The notes under the pieces are model-generated. The model made no database searches, was not told the origin of the DNA, and was given only the letters and a program-made list of their open reading frames with translations. DNA of 64,000 nucleotides from a virus. The translations under genes were made by a program, and so were the position numbers. Below are positions 9,234 through 19,108 of this stretch, one piece after another; position 1 is the stretch's first letter, and each line of letters begins with the position of its first letter. The stretch is from positions 32,001 to 96,000 of the IMG/VR virus record IMGVR_UViG_3300017973_000001. One strand, written 5' to 3'.

Positions 9234-9466
9234 CCAAACGATTTTCTAGCGTCTGCTTCATTATCGAATAATCTACAGCCCCAATAAGTTAATTGGTCTG
9301 CGTTGTAATATGTAGCAAACTCCGGATTTTTAAGTGCGTATAGATCACAAGCCTCCTGGAAAGAAGTTGCTTTCTCAGAACCGAAATAATTTGCAAATCC
9401 ATATTCACCAGTTGCTCTAAATCCTTCAGACCATATATGGTAAATTTTTTCATTTACTTTAGTCAT
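9230..9466 (-). CDS. hypothetical protein
   Basis: coupled ORF with RBS. Confidence 0.65.
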   Translation of the reverse strand: MTKVNEKIYHIWSEGFRATGEYGFANYFGSEKATSFQEACDLYALKNPEFATYYNADQLTYWGCRLFDNEADARKSFG

Positions 9467-9470
9467 TGTC

Positions 9471-9980
9471 TTACCCTTCCTCCTTATATTTAACGTCCCC
9501 TAATCCTATTACCCAATCAAACTTCCATCTGAACCAATGAGTTGATTCACAGTCCCACCCGTACATGCTATATTCAGACCAACGAGTAGCCCACTGCCCT
9601 TCTCTAGTTAAACTAACTGCGTCATAATCTTCAGCTACTTTATTAAAGTCAATGGTACCGAATGTTCTAAAATCGTTAAAAAAAGCAAGTGGCCCTTCAG
9701 TTACCGGATACTTTTCCATTAAATGTTTTGCCGACATCTCATCATTTACTGTATAAATACGTGCGTCCTTAGAAGGTACTAGAATACTAGAAGCCCATTT
9801 CCCATCTTTAGGTACCCTAAATTCTTCAGCCAAGCACCACTGTACCCAGTCGCTCCCGTATTCACTTTCATATGTAGAAGTCCATAATCCTCCACCGGCT
9901 TTAATTGCTAAGTGTGGTACCAACGGTCTCAGTTGGCCTTTAACTAAATTACTATTACCTACGTGTAATTGTTTCTCCAT
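9471..9980 (-). CDS. hypothetical Trp-rich phage protein
   Basis: AAGGGG RBS; GGLWTS and YGWDCES motifs. Confidence 0.7.
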   Translation of the reverse strand: MEKQLHVGNSNLVKGQLRPLVPHLAIKAGGGLWTSTYESEYGSDWVQWCLAEEFRVPKDGKWASSILVPSKDARIYTVNDEMSAKHLMEKYPVTEGPLAFFNDFRTFGTIDFNKVAEDYDAVSLTREGQWATRWSEYSMYGWDCESTHWFRWKFDWVIGLGDVKYKEEG

Positions 9981-10222
9981 GTTGTTTATATCCCCTTACA
10001 TACAAAAACCCACCCTACATGAGAGTGGTAAAAATAATAACATTATGTGCATTATACCATACTTATTAACCTATAAATATCTTACATTTGGACCAAAAAT
10101 CGTCACCTATTTTTTAAAAATTTCACGTACCATAAGTTTAAGAAAACTTATATTTAAAAAATAAATTCTTTAAGGTTTGCTTTAATCGACTCTCCCCTAC
10201 TTCGTATAAATTAACCGAGGGA

Positions 10223-11290
10223 GTGATTAAAATGGATCAAAATGAATTACTTCAAAAAATACGTTCAGAATTTGGTGAGCAATCAATGTTCATCTTAGGT
10301 AAAGAAGAAAAATTAATGGATATTAAGGTGCGCCCTTCGGGTTCCCTTCTATTAGATATAGCTTTGGGTGGTGGCTACCCTCAAGGTAGAGTACTTGAAC
10401 TTAATGGTAGAGAAAAGTCCGGTAAGACAACATTACTTAATCTATTAATTGCTGAGTCTCAACTACTTGAACCGGAAAAGACTTGTGCGATTATCGACCT
10501 GGAACACTCTTTTAATCCGGAGTGGGCTAAGAAATTGGGTGTTGATGTAGATAAATTATTCATTACTCAACCGGATACCTACGCTGAGAAAATATTTGAA
10601 ATGATAGAGTTTATGCTGAAAAGTAAAAAGTTCTCTATTATTGGATTAGATTCTATAGCCGGTTTAATCTCAAAAGCTGAGATCGAGGAAGAAAACTATG
10701 AGAATAACTCCCAGGTTGGTGGAACGTCTAAGTTAAATGCTAGAGCAATGAGGAAAATTGTTAATAGTGGTCTTTTAACAGACAGTGGGACAAGCCTGGT
10801 ATTCATCAATCAATTACGTGATAAAATCGGTGGATTTTCTATGTATGGGCCACAGACTACTACGGGTGGTGGCCGAGCTCTGAAACATGCTTATAGCCAG
10901 GTTTTAGAAGTTTCTATTGGAGATTACTTCTCTAAAGGGCAAGGAGATAAAAAGAAAGTATTAGGTCAGCAGATTAAAGTAAAAGTTGCTAAGAATAAGA
11001 TAGCTCCCCCTTTCCGTACTGCTACGATTGATGTTTATTATGAAAATGGTATAGATCGTGTGAGAGAACTTGTACTGGTAGCTAAAGAGATCGGGGTTCT
11101 TCAAGGAACTAGTTGGCTGAAGTTTGTAAATCCTTCTACTGGTGAGATTTACTCAGATGAGGATGGTAAAGAAATTAAATGGAATGGTACAGATAAAACT
11201 TGTGAAGCCCTGGTACAAGATATACAAGAAAATAATGGTATCCTTTACTCACTTCTAGAAGCAACCGTACATGAGACACTTAGGGGGTAA
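10223..11290 (+). CDS. recA: RecA/UvsX recombinase
   Basis: SGSLLLDIALGGGYPQGR, Walker A GREKSGKT, IDLEH, FINQLRDKIG, GGRALK, KNKIAPPFR. Confidence 0.97.
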   Translation: MIKMDQNELLQKIRSEFGEQSMFILGKEEKLMDIKVRPSGSLLLDIALGGGYPQGRVLELNGREKSGKTTLLNLLIAESQLLEPEKTCAIIDLEHSFNPEWAKKLGVDVDKLFITQPDTYAEKIFEMIEFMLKSKKFSIIGLDSIAGLISKAEIEEENYENNSQVGGTSKLNARAMRKIVNSGLLTDSGTSLVFINQLRDKIGGFSMYGPQTTTGGGRALKHAYSQVLEVSIGDYFSKGQGDKKKVLGQQIKVKVAKNKIAPPFRTATIDVYYENGIDRVRELVLVAKEIGVLQGTSWLKFVNPSTGEIYSDEDGKEIKWNGTDKTCEALVQDIQENNGILYSLLEATVHETLRG

Positions 11291-11295
11291 TCAAA

Positions 11296-11538
11296 ATGAC
11301 TATTGGAGTTAGCTTAATGGCAGTCGCTATTTCAATCGTTATATCATCTTTGATTAAATATAGTTTTTTAGCTTACAAGTCACGTATGAGTGACAAAATC
11401 TACAAAGAAGCATTAAATCATGTAATAGTTCATGATAAAGAGCAGATTATTCATTCAATTAGTGTAGGTGTTTTACGCAAATATGACGGGATGGTGCGAA
11501 ATGAAGCTGACCGAGTATACACGAAAGCTATCTCATAA
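11296..11538 (+). CDS. small membrane-anchored protein
   Basis: N-terminal hydrophobic helix; AGGGGG RBS. Confidence 0.55.
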   Translation: MTIGVSLMAVAISIVISSLIKYSFLAYKSRMSDKIYKEALNHVIVHDKEQIIHSISVGVLRKYDGMVRNEADRVYTKAIS

Positions 11539-11848
11539 TGAAGTCTTAATTAATCTTTATGCAAGGCAATCATTAGTTTTAAAAGCTTTAGCTGATGTTC
11601 CGGACGGGGCAAGTGCAAGTGAACTAGCCTTACTAATCTATCAAAAAGGTTTAGTACCTACACCGGATCGTAACCGTACCCACCCTCGATTGAATGAGCT
11701 TGAAAAATTAGGTGTTGTTACTGCTCAAAGTAAACGTAGATGTAGGGTAACTGGTAAAACTGTATCAATCTATCGATTGGAGGACGGGGTTTATGAGCAA
11801 ATCATTAGGTCAGATGAGGAGCAATCGCCAGGAGAGACGGATAACTAA
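11501..11848 (+). CDS. winged-HTH DNA-binding protein
   Basis: ASELA...HPRLNELEKLGVV...CRVTGK. Confidence 0.65.
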   Translation: MKLTEYTRKLSHNEVLINLYARQSLVLKALADVPDGASASELALLIYQKGLVPTPDRNRTHPRLNELEKLGVVTAQSKRRCRVTGKTVSIYRLEDGVYEQIIRSDEEQSPGETDN

Positions 11849-12149
11849 GTCTCTAAAAGAAATTGGTCTGCAAGCACGTCAGCAAATCAGCTCCGGTTCC
11901 TTATGGTTTGCTAAATCAGATGTAGTTTCTGAACTGCTTCAGATAGAAGCAAAAACAAAAGCTACTGAATCTAAGACTATTACTATTAAGAAAGAATGGC
12001 ATGACAAGATTGAGTTTGAAGCTTTTCAAAATAGCAAAGTTCCGGCCATTGTCTATTCTTTCGGTACCAACACAGACTACTTCGCTTTACGTGATAAAGA
12101 TTTTTTAGCGTTAATAGAAGAATTAGTTGAACTGAGGAAAGGTAAATGA
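11793..12149 (+). CDS. Holliday junction resolvase-like PD-(D/E)xK nuclease
   Basis: QE.RI, SGS...SDV, IEAKT. Confidence 0.75.
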   Translation: MSKSLGQMRSNRQERRITKSLKEIGLQARQQISSGSLWFAKSDVVSELLQIEAKTKATESKTITIKKEWHDKIEFEAFQNSKVPAIVYSFGTNTDYFALRDKDFLALIEELVELRKGK

Positions 12150-12496
12150 AGCAAATGAAAGTAATGACAGTAGGGTTTAACCCAACACAATTTAAAGAAG
12201 ATCACCGATTCCTATACGCTCACCATATTCCAGGTGTTCCGGAAGGGTTTACGGAAAAAGAGTATTATAGATTATGCGAGCGCCACTTATATTCTTCATA
12301 CGTAGTTATCGTTAATTTAGATAAAGTTCACTATGATATAGATGAAATCGTAGTTTTACATAAAGCATTTTTGGATAATAAACCAATCTTTGCTATTGGT
12401 GAGAACATTAATAAAACGTTTTTTGACCACTTCGTTACTCAGCACTTTTTAACCCTAGCTGAGCTCCACGATCACCTAACTGCTCACTATTTTTAA
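12146..12496 (+). CDS. hypothetical protein, distantly nucleoside deoxyribosyltransferase-like
   Basis: Rossmann-like pattern (VVIVNL...E...A...KPIFAI). Confidence 0.35.
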   Translation: MKQMKVMTVGFNPTQFKEDHRFLYAHHIPGVPEGFTEKEYYRLCERHLYSSYVVIVNLDKVHYDIDEIVVLHKAFLDNKPIFAIGENINKTFFDHFVTQHFLTLAELHDHLTAHYF

Positions 12497-12501
12497 GAGA
12501 C

Positions 12502-12699
12502 CTAATTGGTCTCTTTTTTTATTTGCTTACTGTAGTACGTAGTGAAAAATACTTGTAATGAAAGAAAGATTATAAGCGTTAATACCAGGTATGTTCTATA
12601 TGAAATGCCTGGAAAAATTTCACCAATCGTAACACTTATTATGAAAGCAACTAAAGGTGGCAATATTGCCCTAAACAATAATCCTTTTAACGTATTCAA
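12502..12699 (-). CDS. small two-TM membrane protein, paralog of 962..1162
   Basis: shared N-terminus and FF.TYY.K tail; AAGGAGTG RBS. Confidence 0.7.
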   Translation of the reverse strand: MNTLKGLLFRAILPPLVAFIISVTIGEIFPGISYRTYLVLTLIIFLSLQVFFTTYYSKQIKKETN

Positions 12700-12737
12700 G
12701 CCCTCACTCCTTTACTATACTAATGACCGAAACGTAA

Positions 12738-12959
12738 TTAAAAATCTATTTCAGAATCACTTATAAAATCTTTTTTAAGACACTTAGGACAAACAAATAA
12801 ATGATATTCTTCATTATCCCACGGTTCCCAAAACCACTCTGGATTACCTCTATTAATATCTTCTTCATGTTGTCTTAAAGTTTTTGCAGTTACATTACAA
12901 TCTGTACAAACAACAGAAAAATTCTTTTTTTGCAAGAACATAAAATCACTCCTCAGCAT
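12738..12959 (-). CDS. small zinc-binding protein
   Basis: CTDC...CPKC. Confidence 0.55.
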   Translation of the reverse strand: MLRSDFMFLQKKNFSVVCTDCNVTAKTLRQHEEDINRGNPEWFWEPWDNEEYHLFVCPKCLKKDFISDSEIDF

Positions 12960-13149
12960 TATTTACCCTAAGTTCATCTTTAGGTATTCGTATAAGCTCC
13001 CCTTCTTCTTCAAACCAGGGTTCAGTTACTAAATATTCCGTTTTACCTTCACCTACTACAGAATAAGTTTTCCCTTTATATTCAATGACTTTAATATCCA
13101 TCTTCTACTCCTTGTACTCTACTTCTGTTTCCACTTCACGGACCATACG

Positions 13150-13524
13150 TTAATCAATTCCGAAAGGTAACTTCTTTTCATGTAACACCCATAAATGGTA
13201 CATATCTGCCTGGTCAATTAGTTCGCTTTCTTTAGGAAATACCTCGATAGATACACTTTCTTTACCAAACAAATCATTTTTTATACTTTGCTTTTCTGAC
13301 CAATCCGGTTGTTCATGCGCAGTTATGGTAACGTGAGTAACCTTCCCCCATTCGGTTTGTAAATCCCTCATCATACAGACAACTTGATTATCATTTCTCC
13401 TATAAACTCTATCTAGTTCACCAAACCATCCTTCCCCTCTTTTGAGTTCTTTTGGAGAAGGGTGTTTTGTCCATCCTACAATTTGGTGGCCTCTTTCTTG
13501 TTGTCTACGTTCTGCTCTATTCAT
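13150..13524 (-). CDS. conserved hypothetical phage protein
   Basis: MNRAERR start; P.W.EKQ.IKN.LFG...IEVFP...MYHLW; AGGAG RBS. Confidence 0.75.
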   Translation of the reverse strand: MNRAERRQQERGHQIVGWTKHPSPKELKRGEGWFGELDRVYRRNDNQVVCMMRDLQTEWGKVTHVTITAHEQPDWSEKQSIKNDLFGKESVSIEVFPKESELIDQADMYHLWVLHEKKLPFGID

Positions 13525-13627
13525 ATGTATATCAATTCTCCTTTTCTTACTTCAATTACTTAATTATATCTCCCCCACTTCTTATAAATAAAGAGGTAGC
13601 ACCTAACAATTAAGGGGGATTTTTTCC

Positions 13628-14038
13628 ATGATGACTATTAAAACTGAAGAACAACAAGTTACTGAATTAATGCTTGAATCATTAATCGAGAAGTTTATCC
13701 ATGTTCCAAAAAATATGCATGACAACCTTCAAGAAAACGGTCAATCAGAAAAAGTAAATGTATGGTTTGCCGGCAAGGTGGCCGGTTTCGAAAAAGCAGT
13801 TATCCGTTATGACTATGAAACTGCTACTTATGTAGACGAGGCAAAAATCTATTACAACGTACTTCTAAGTGATGGTATGGCTTACGTACTAGGTGAAGAA
13901 GTTGTAATTAACTTAATCAGTGAAGATGAGTTTGCTGACTTACTTGCTAGATTCCAAGCTGAAAATTCAATGACTGAGGCTGGCCAAGAGATCATTGAAG
14001 GTCAAAACAAGATTTTAATTCCCGGTGAGGATTTCTAA
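13628..14038 (+). CDS. hypothetical protein
   Basis: AAGGGG RBS; phage promoter motif upstream. Confidence 0.7.
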   Translation: MMTIKTEEQQVTELMLESLIEKFIHVPKNMHDNLQENGQSEKVNVWFAGKVAGFEKAVIRYDYETATYVDEAKIYYNVLLSDGMAYVLGEEVVINLISEDEFADLLARFQAENSMTEAGQEIIEGQNKILIPGEDF

Positions 14039-14739
14039 TGAAAGACTTTCACACGGAACTAGAAAAACACTTGTCAGCTAAGAGTGAAATGTTCCCGGAG
14101 GTTGGGGCTAAATCAAGTCCCCTCCCTCCTATTATCGCTTTTGAAGGTATAGACGCATGTGGTAAAGAGACTCAAACAAAAATGTTATCTGAAGCGTTAC
14201 ATAACTCCGGATACATGGTTTGGTCTGAGACATTCCCTCGTTATCATACCCCAATCGGTAAATTAATCCGTTCCTGGTTAACTGGGAAGGTTGCAATAAA
14301 TGATGAAGCTTTACACATGCTCTATGAAGCTGACCGTTACGACTTTAAATTCGAGCTTGAGTTCTTTGAAGATAACCATGACGTATGTGACTTAATCATC
14401 TTAGATCGTTTCACTTTATCGAATTTAGCTTTTGCTAAGGCTAAAGGAATTGACGAGTCCTGGTTACTCAAATTGCAGTCTGCAATTCCGAAACCGGACT
14501 TAACCATCATTTTAGATATACCAGTAGAGGAGTCATTCAGCCGTAGAACTACTAGAGATAAGCATGAGAAAGACACTGAACTACTAGGTAAAGTGAGAAA
14601 TGAATACAAAGAGCTAGCTAAAAACTCTAGCAAACTAGGTCAACAAATTATCATCCTAGACGGTACTAAAAGTCCTCAAGCAATACACGAAAATATCATG
14701 ACGTTCATACATAAAAACTCAATAATACCAACGCTTTGA
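14038..14739 (+). CDS. tmk: thymidylate kinase
   Basis: FEGIDACGKETQ P-loop, ILDRF, PDLTIILD. Confidence 0.93.
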   Translation: MKDFHTELEKHLSAKSEMFPEVGAKSSPLPPIIAFEGIDACGKETQTKMLSEALHNSGYMVWSETFPRYHTPIGKLIRSWLTGKVAINDEALHMLYEADRYDFKFELEFFEDNHDVCDLIILDRFTLSNLAFAKAKGIDESWLLKLQSAIPKPDLTIILDIPVEESFSRRTTRDKHEKDTELLGKVRNEYKELAKNSSKLGQQIIILDGTKSPQAIHENIMTFIHKNSIIPTL

Positions 14740-14781
14740 CCCCATCTGTCTATCCTAAATGTGAAAAGGAGGTTGAAAATT

Positions 14782-15090
14782 ATGAAAGTTTTTAAAGATG
14801 ACATAATCCGTGAGTATTCACAACGTCAAGGCATTAATGGTTCTGAAGCTAAAAGACGTTTCGACGACATAATCGACATTATTACTGAAAATCTTATTGC
14901 CGGTAATGACATAAAAATACCTAACTTCTTTAACTTCTTTGTAAAAGAATTGAAAGCTAAGCCAGGTATTAATCCGATCACAAAGGACCCAATCATTATC
15001 CAGGCAACTAAGACGATCCAGGTCAAAATGACAAAGCCATTAAAGGATCAGTTAAAGGCTAACAATCTACCAAAATACTTATACGAATAA
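14782..15090 (+). CDS. HU/IHF-like DNA-binding protein
   Basis: F.NF.V....K.GINPIT..PI.I.A; AGGAGG RBS. Confidence 0.88.
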   Translation: MKVFKDDIIREYSQRQGINGSEAKRRFDDIIDIITENLIAGNDIKIPNFFNFFVKELKAKPGINPITKDPIIIQATKTIQVKMTKPLKDQLKANNLPKYLYE

Positions 15091-15114
15091 ACTATCAAAG
15101 GAGGGCTCAACATC

Positions 15115-15906
15115 TTGTTACCACATCACATTCAACAAAATCTACAACAAAATAAACTATACTACTCAATGGATGAAGTTGAGAACATAATCAGAGCTAA
15201 AACTGACGCTGATTATTTGGGTGATGTAGTCATTGCAAACGAAAGTTTAATATGGCATGCAGTATACAAGTATGTTGGTAGCCCTAAATACATAACCCGA
15301 AATGGTGGCCTTGAAAAAGACGACATTCTTCAGTTAGGTCGCTTAGGTTTTATAAAAGCCGTTTATGCATTTGATATTAACCGTGGTGTCAAATTTAGTA
15401 GTTTCTCAGTGACGGCCATATTTAGAGAAGTACGTTGTTTTTTACGTGATAGCTCTAGTATTATTCGTCCTACACGTACTGCTAATAGCTTAATAAATAG
15501 ATTGCGTTCACTAGAATTGAAGTTAGGCTACCTACCCCATACATCTGAATTATCAGTGTTATTGGATGAGGATGAATCTAAGATTATTAAAGCATTATTA
15601 GTAGGTCAAAATATCAAATATTTGGACGAGCCAGTAAAAAGTAAGATTGAATTTTTGGAGATACCAATATCAATGACTGATAACTTATTGTCAGACATTG
15701 ATGAAGATACCATTCTTGATGAAGTGTATCTAAACAACATCACCGAAAAATTGGCTCAGAAATTGACTGACGTTGAAATGGAAGTCTTTAAAAATAGACT
15801 ATCCGGGTTGAATCAGACTCAAACTGCTAAAAAGCAAAACATATCTCAAATGCGAGTTTCTAGGATCACTAGAAAAATAGCTAAGTTAATTCGAGAAGAA
15901 ATGTAA
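15115..15906 (+). CDS. RNA polymerase sigma factor, SigF/SigG/SigB-like
   Basis: DDILQLGRLGFIKAVYAFD..RGVKFSSF, LRDSSSIIRPTR, region 4 TQTAK..NISQMRVSR. Confidence 0.92.
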   Translation: MLPHHIQQNLQQNKLYYSMDEVENIIRAKTDADYLGDVVIANESLIWHAVYKYVGSPKYITRNGGLEKDDILQLGRLGFIKAVYAFDINRGVKFSSFSVTAIFREVRCFLRDSSSIIRPTRTANSLINRLRSLELKLGYLPHTSELSVLLDEDESKIIKALLVGQNIKYLDEPVKSKIEFLEIPISMTDNLLSDIDEDTILDEVYLNNITEKLAQKLTDVEMEVFKNRLSGLNQTQTAKKQNISQMRVSRITRKIAKLIREEM

Positions 15907-15929
15907 GCTAGGAATATACCTAGCTTTTT

Positions 15930-16040
15930 CTATTCGCAATCCTCACATGTTCTTGGGTGGCCTGGGGCTTTCTCATCAATAAACACCCCACAAAATTGAC
16001 ATAAATATCCTTCAATGACTAATTCAGCTACTTCGCCCAT
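15930..16040 (-). CDS. 36-aa zinc-binding microprotein (not in ORF track)
   Basis: MGEVAELVIEGYLCQFC...CEDCE; GGGAG RBS. Confidence 0.55.
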   Translation of the reverse strand: MGEVAELVIEGYLCQFCGVFIDEKAPGHPRTCEDCE

Positions 16041-16069
16041 TATTACTCCCCTTTTCTTGTTGTATTATT

Positions 16070-17512
16070 CTAGAAGACCTCGGAAGTATCTCCGAATGAC
16101 ATAGCAACCCTTACAAACTCAGTCACATTGTCAAACTTAGTCCTTATAGACCTTAGTGAATTTGCTAGGAAATCTGCTATTATCCCATTCAAATCATGTG
16201 GGTATAGATTTATCCCCTTTTTAACCAATGTTTTCACAGTTGAATAAGCCTCATCTTTTGTAAAGCTTAAGTCTTTCACTAACCGATTGCAAATATCCCC
16301 CGGATATTCCTTAACTACTTCTACTGCTTCAGCATTAGGTTTATTCTCAAGCCAATTATGGAACGGTATCTTGCCAGTGTATGGAGTCTCCACTTTAGGT
16401 TCCAATTCATCTTTTGCTATTTGGTTGGTTTTTTGATTACCAATTTCATTGTCTATGAACCTAGCAAAACAACTTCCAGGAGACGAAACTGCATTTTTAT
16501 ATTTATACTTCTTGTAGTCAATTAAAGTTTGTTGGACTACTAAGTTAGAAATCTCAGTATGCCTGTACACCTTATATAGCTTATTAAGTGCTTGTAGTAT
16601 CTGCCCTTCTGTAAACCCATTGTTAGACATTACTTGATAAATATTTTGATAACTTAAATTAGTTTGTAACACATTTAATATTTCTTCGTCATCATGCTTT
16701 TTCTTTGGTTCTATTTCTTGATTATATTCATATTCTGTTATAGGAGCCTTATCATGATGATTATTATATAGTGTATTACCATTATAAGTATGGAAAGTAA
16801 GTATGCTTATTAATAGGGATTCAATTCGTTGAACCTGGTCGCTTAACTCATTTGAACCCCCTATTTCTACTGAAGTGTTGGTATCACTAGGTTTTTCGGG
16901 AGGAGCTTCAGATTGAACTTCTTTTTGAACCCCTGGAATTTTGAACCCTTCAGCTTCAGCTAGGTCCTCTATAGTTATTCCGTTTTTACGCATAAGCTCA
17001 CGGATTTTATCTATTGGGCTAACTGCGTTTTTTAAGCGAGTAATTAGACTCTTTTTAGCCCCTTCAATACCGGATTTACGGTGTTTAACGTTAAGCTCCT
17101 TATGGTTGCGTACTTTAACAAGAGGTTTATTACGTAACTCATAATCCCCTAATGGATAGTTCTGAATTATAACGACTGTTTTAGGAGTTCCAGTTGTATG
17201 TTCATTGGATTTTACAAAGTCTACTAACCCGTAGTCATACATTATGTTTAAATATTTACGCATTGTGTTAGAGGCTATACCACGGATTCTAGCCAACCCT
17301 TTAATTCCGTATGTAATTCTTCCAACGTTACTCTCTTTAGTACGAGTAGCCATTGTATGTAGTTTACATAGTTCTAAGTAGACCTTGTCCCCTAATACGC
17401 CAATCCATTGGTCAATGCATGTATATGAATTAAACGGTATATATAATTCATTACGTTTACGTTTTTTCTGTACATCAATATCTATAATATTTTCTGCATG
17501 CGAAAAAGACAT
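16070..17512 (-). CDS. putative replication initiator (N-terminal winged HTH)
   Basis: W...LG...Y..L, GIKGLARIRGIASNTMRKYLNIMYDYGLV; C-terminal YTGKIPFHNWLE typical of Firmicute Rep proteins; AGGAGG RBS; antisense RNA in leader. Confidence 0.65.
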   Translation of the reverse strand: MSFSHAENIIDIDVQKKRKRNELYIPFNSYTCIDQWIGVLGDKVYLELCKLHTMATRTKESNVGRITYGIKGLARIRGIASNTMRKYLNIMYDYGLVDFVKSNEHTTGTPKTVVIIQNYPLGDYELRNKPLVKVRNHKELNVKHRKSGIEGAKKSLITRLKNAVSPIDKIRELMRKNGITIEDLAEAEGFKIPGVQKEVQSEAPPEKPSDTNTSVEIGGSNELSDQVQRIESLLISILTFHTYNGNTLYNNHHDKAPITEYEYNQEIEPKKKHDDEEILNVLQTNLSYQNIYQVMSNNGFTEGQILQALNKLYKVYRHTEISNLVVQQTLIDYKKYKYKNAVSSPGSCFARFIDNEIGNQKTNQIAKDELEPKVETPYTGKIPFHNWLENKPNAEAVEVVKEYPGDICNRLVKDLSFTKDEAYSTVKTLVKKGINLYPHDLNGIIADFLANSLRSIRTKFDNVTEFVRVAMSFGDTSEVF

Positions 17513-17717
17513 TATTATGCGATCCTCCTACAGAGTGGTCCCCAAAGAAAACCTCACACACACAACAACGTCTCTCTTTATCTATCTCTATATCTGTCTA
17601 TTTACCCATAGATTTATTAAAATTTATATTATATTCTATTAAAATATGTAATATTTTTTTAATAAAAAATGTACGGTAAAACCTTGCATACCCCTAATTT
17701 TATATGTATAATGGGGT

Positions 17718-17799
17718 TATCAATATTGTTTAAGCGTTTTTATACGCTTTGTTGTTGTGTGAGTGGTGAACTTTGGACGGTTGAACCACTCTTTTTTTT
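17718..17799 (+). ncRNA. antisense (counter-transcribed) RNA over the rep leader
   Basis: TTGCAT-17-TATAAT at 17684-17712; terminator GAGTGGT/ACCACTC plus T8. Confidence 0.7.
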
Positions 17800-17958
17800 A
17801 TTTGATTAAGCACATAATACCATTGTCTAAAACGTTTGCATAGTCCCTATTTTAAATTTCCATAAAATATAAATATTTAGAACATTGTAAAATATACGGT
17901 AACACCATATAAATAAAGAGCTCCTAATGTGGGAGCTCTTTTTGTTTGTCGAAATGTT

Positions 17959-18243
17959 TTAGTATTTTATTCCGGTATACTGTCTAAAATTTTTACCTCC
18001 GTCTTTCATGTAAGTCTTTAATTTATTCATAAATTGTTCGTCCTGTAATGCAAGTTCGACAATAAATGCCTGGGCACTTCCTAAACTTCGATTACGTTTA
18101 CAACGTTCATTAAAACGGGGGTGGCGAAAATCAATGTTTTTACATACTTCCTCTAATGTAAAGAAATTCATACCAGTATAAGTACTAGTGACCCGTTCAT
18201 ATATTTCATGATTACCTTCATAAGTATGTTTCTTTTTAGCCAT
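17959..18243 (-). CDS. hypothetical protein
   Basis: AAGGGGGG RBS; terminator 17915-17944. Confidence 0.6.
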   Translation of the reverse strand: MAKKKHTYEGNHEIYERVTSTYTGMNFFTLEEVCKNIDFRHPRFNERCKRNRSLGSAQAFIVELALQDEQFMNKLKTYMKDGGKNFRQYTGIKY

Positions 18244-18318
18244 AGTAAAAAGCCCCCCTTCTCTTTGTAAGAGTATATGAGGGCTTTTCCAATTTTAGAA
18301 CACAGAGCACACTAAAAG

Positions 18319-19029
18319 TTAGATTTCATCAAAGAATTTTGTAGTCCACGGTGAAGCTTCTTCAACTTCCTTACGGATCAACTCAGCTAACTCCTGGATT
18401 TCATCTTGTGCATGCGTACCTTTACGTCTCTTAGAATAAAAATCTAGTATTCCACGTAAGTTACCAGTCATTACAAAATTACATGAAGCTGACAACGGTA
18501 AAGCCATACGTGCTTTTTCTGCTGATACACCTAACTCGCGTAATTTATCATAAGCAACCTGGGACTGATCCATTGCGTCTAGGAAAGTTTCTAATGCCTC
18601 CCCTTCTAGACCGTCCGGAACAACAAATGACATTCCTTGAGATTTATCTTCGCTACCAAACTTTACATATCGCATACTTTGAACACTAAATGAGTACATA
18701 CGGTGGCGAGTAATCTGTCCAAGAAGAACTCTCGATACCCCTTCGACTGCAAATGTGTAGTTGTCATGTTCTAATGTACTAGTATGGCCACTACGTACAA
18801 TGTGACGAATTAAACGGTCAGATTCAGTTCCACCTTCCCCGTCTTTTGCTATTTCGCCAAAATATTTTCCCCCTTCAACCTCTACGATCTCAGTTGGTTT
18901 CAAGTGAGAATAACATGTACGAATTGCAGTTAGTGATAAGATTTCGCTATCTTTCACATTTCTATACTTAGCTAATTTTTTCCTAAATTTGTCGGATAAT
19001 TGTGTATGTGCTAGTAACGTGATTTCCAT
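18319..19029 (-). CDS. thyX: flavin-dependent thymidylate synthase
   Basis: GHTSTLEH; ThyX motif RHRMYSFSVQSMRY; ARMALP; HAQDEI. Confidence 0.96.
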   Translation of the reverse strand: MEITLLAHTQLSDKFRKKLAKYRNVKDSEILSLTAIRTCYSHLKPTEIVEVEGGKYFGEIAKDGEGGTESDRLIRHIVRSGHTSTLEHDNYTFAVEGVSRVLLGQITRHRMYSFSVQSMRYVKFGSEDKSQGMSFVVPDGLEGEALETFLDAMDQSQVAYDKLRELGVSAEKARMALPLSASCNFVMTGNLRGILDFYSKRRKGTHAQDEIQELAELIRKEVEEASPWTTKFFDEI

Positions 19030-19108
19030 AATTCAGCAATTTCCCCTTTTCGTTCGACTATGTAGGTTAGACCTCACATAGTTCTTATACGAAAAAGAGA
19101 GACGTTAA

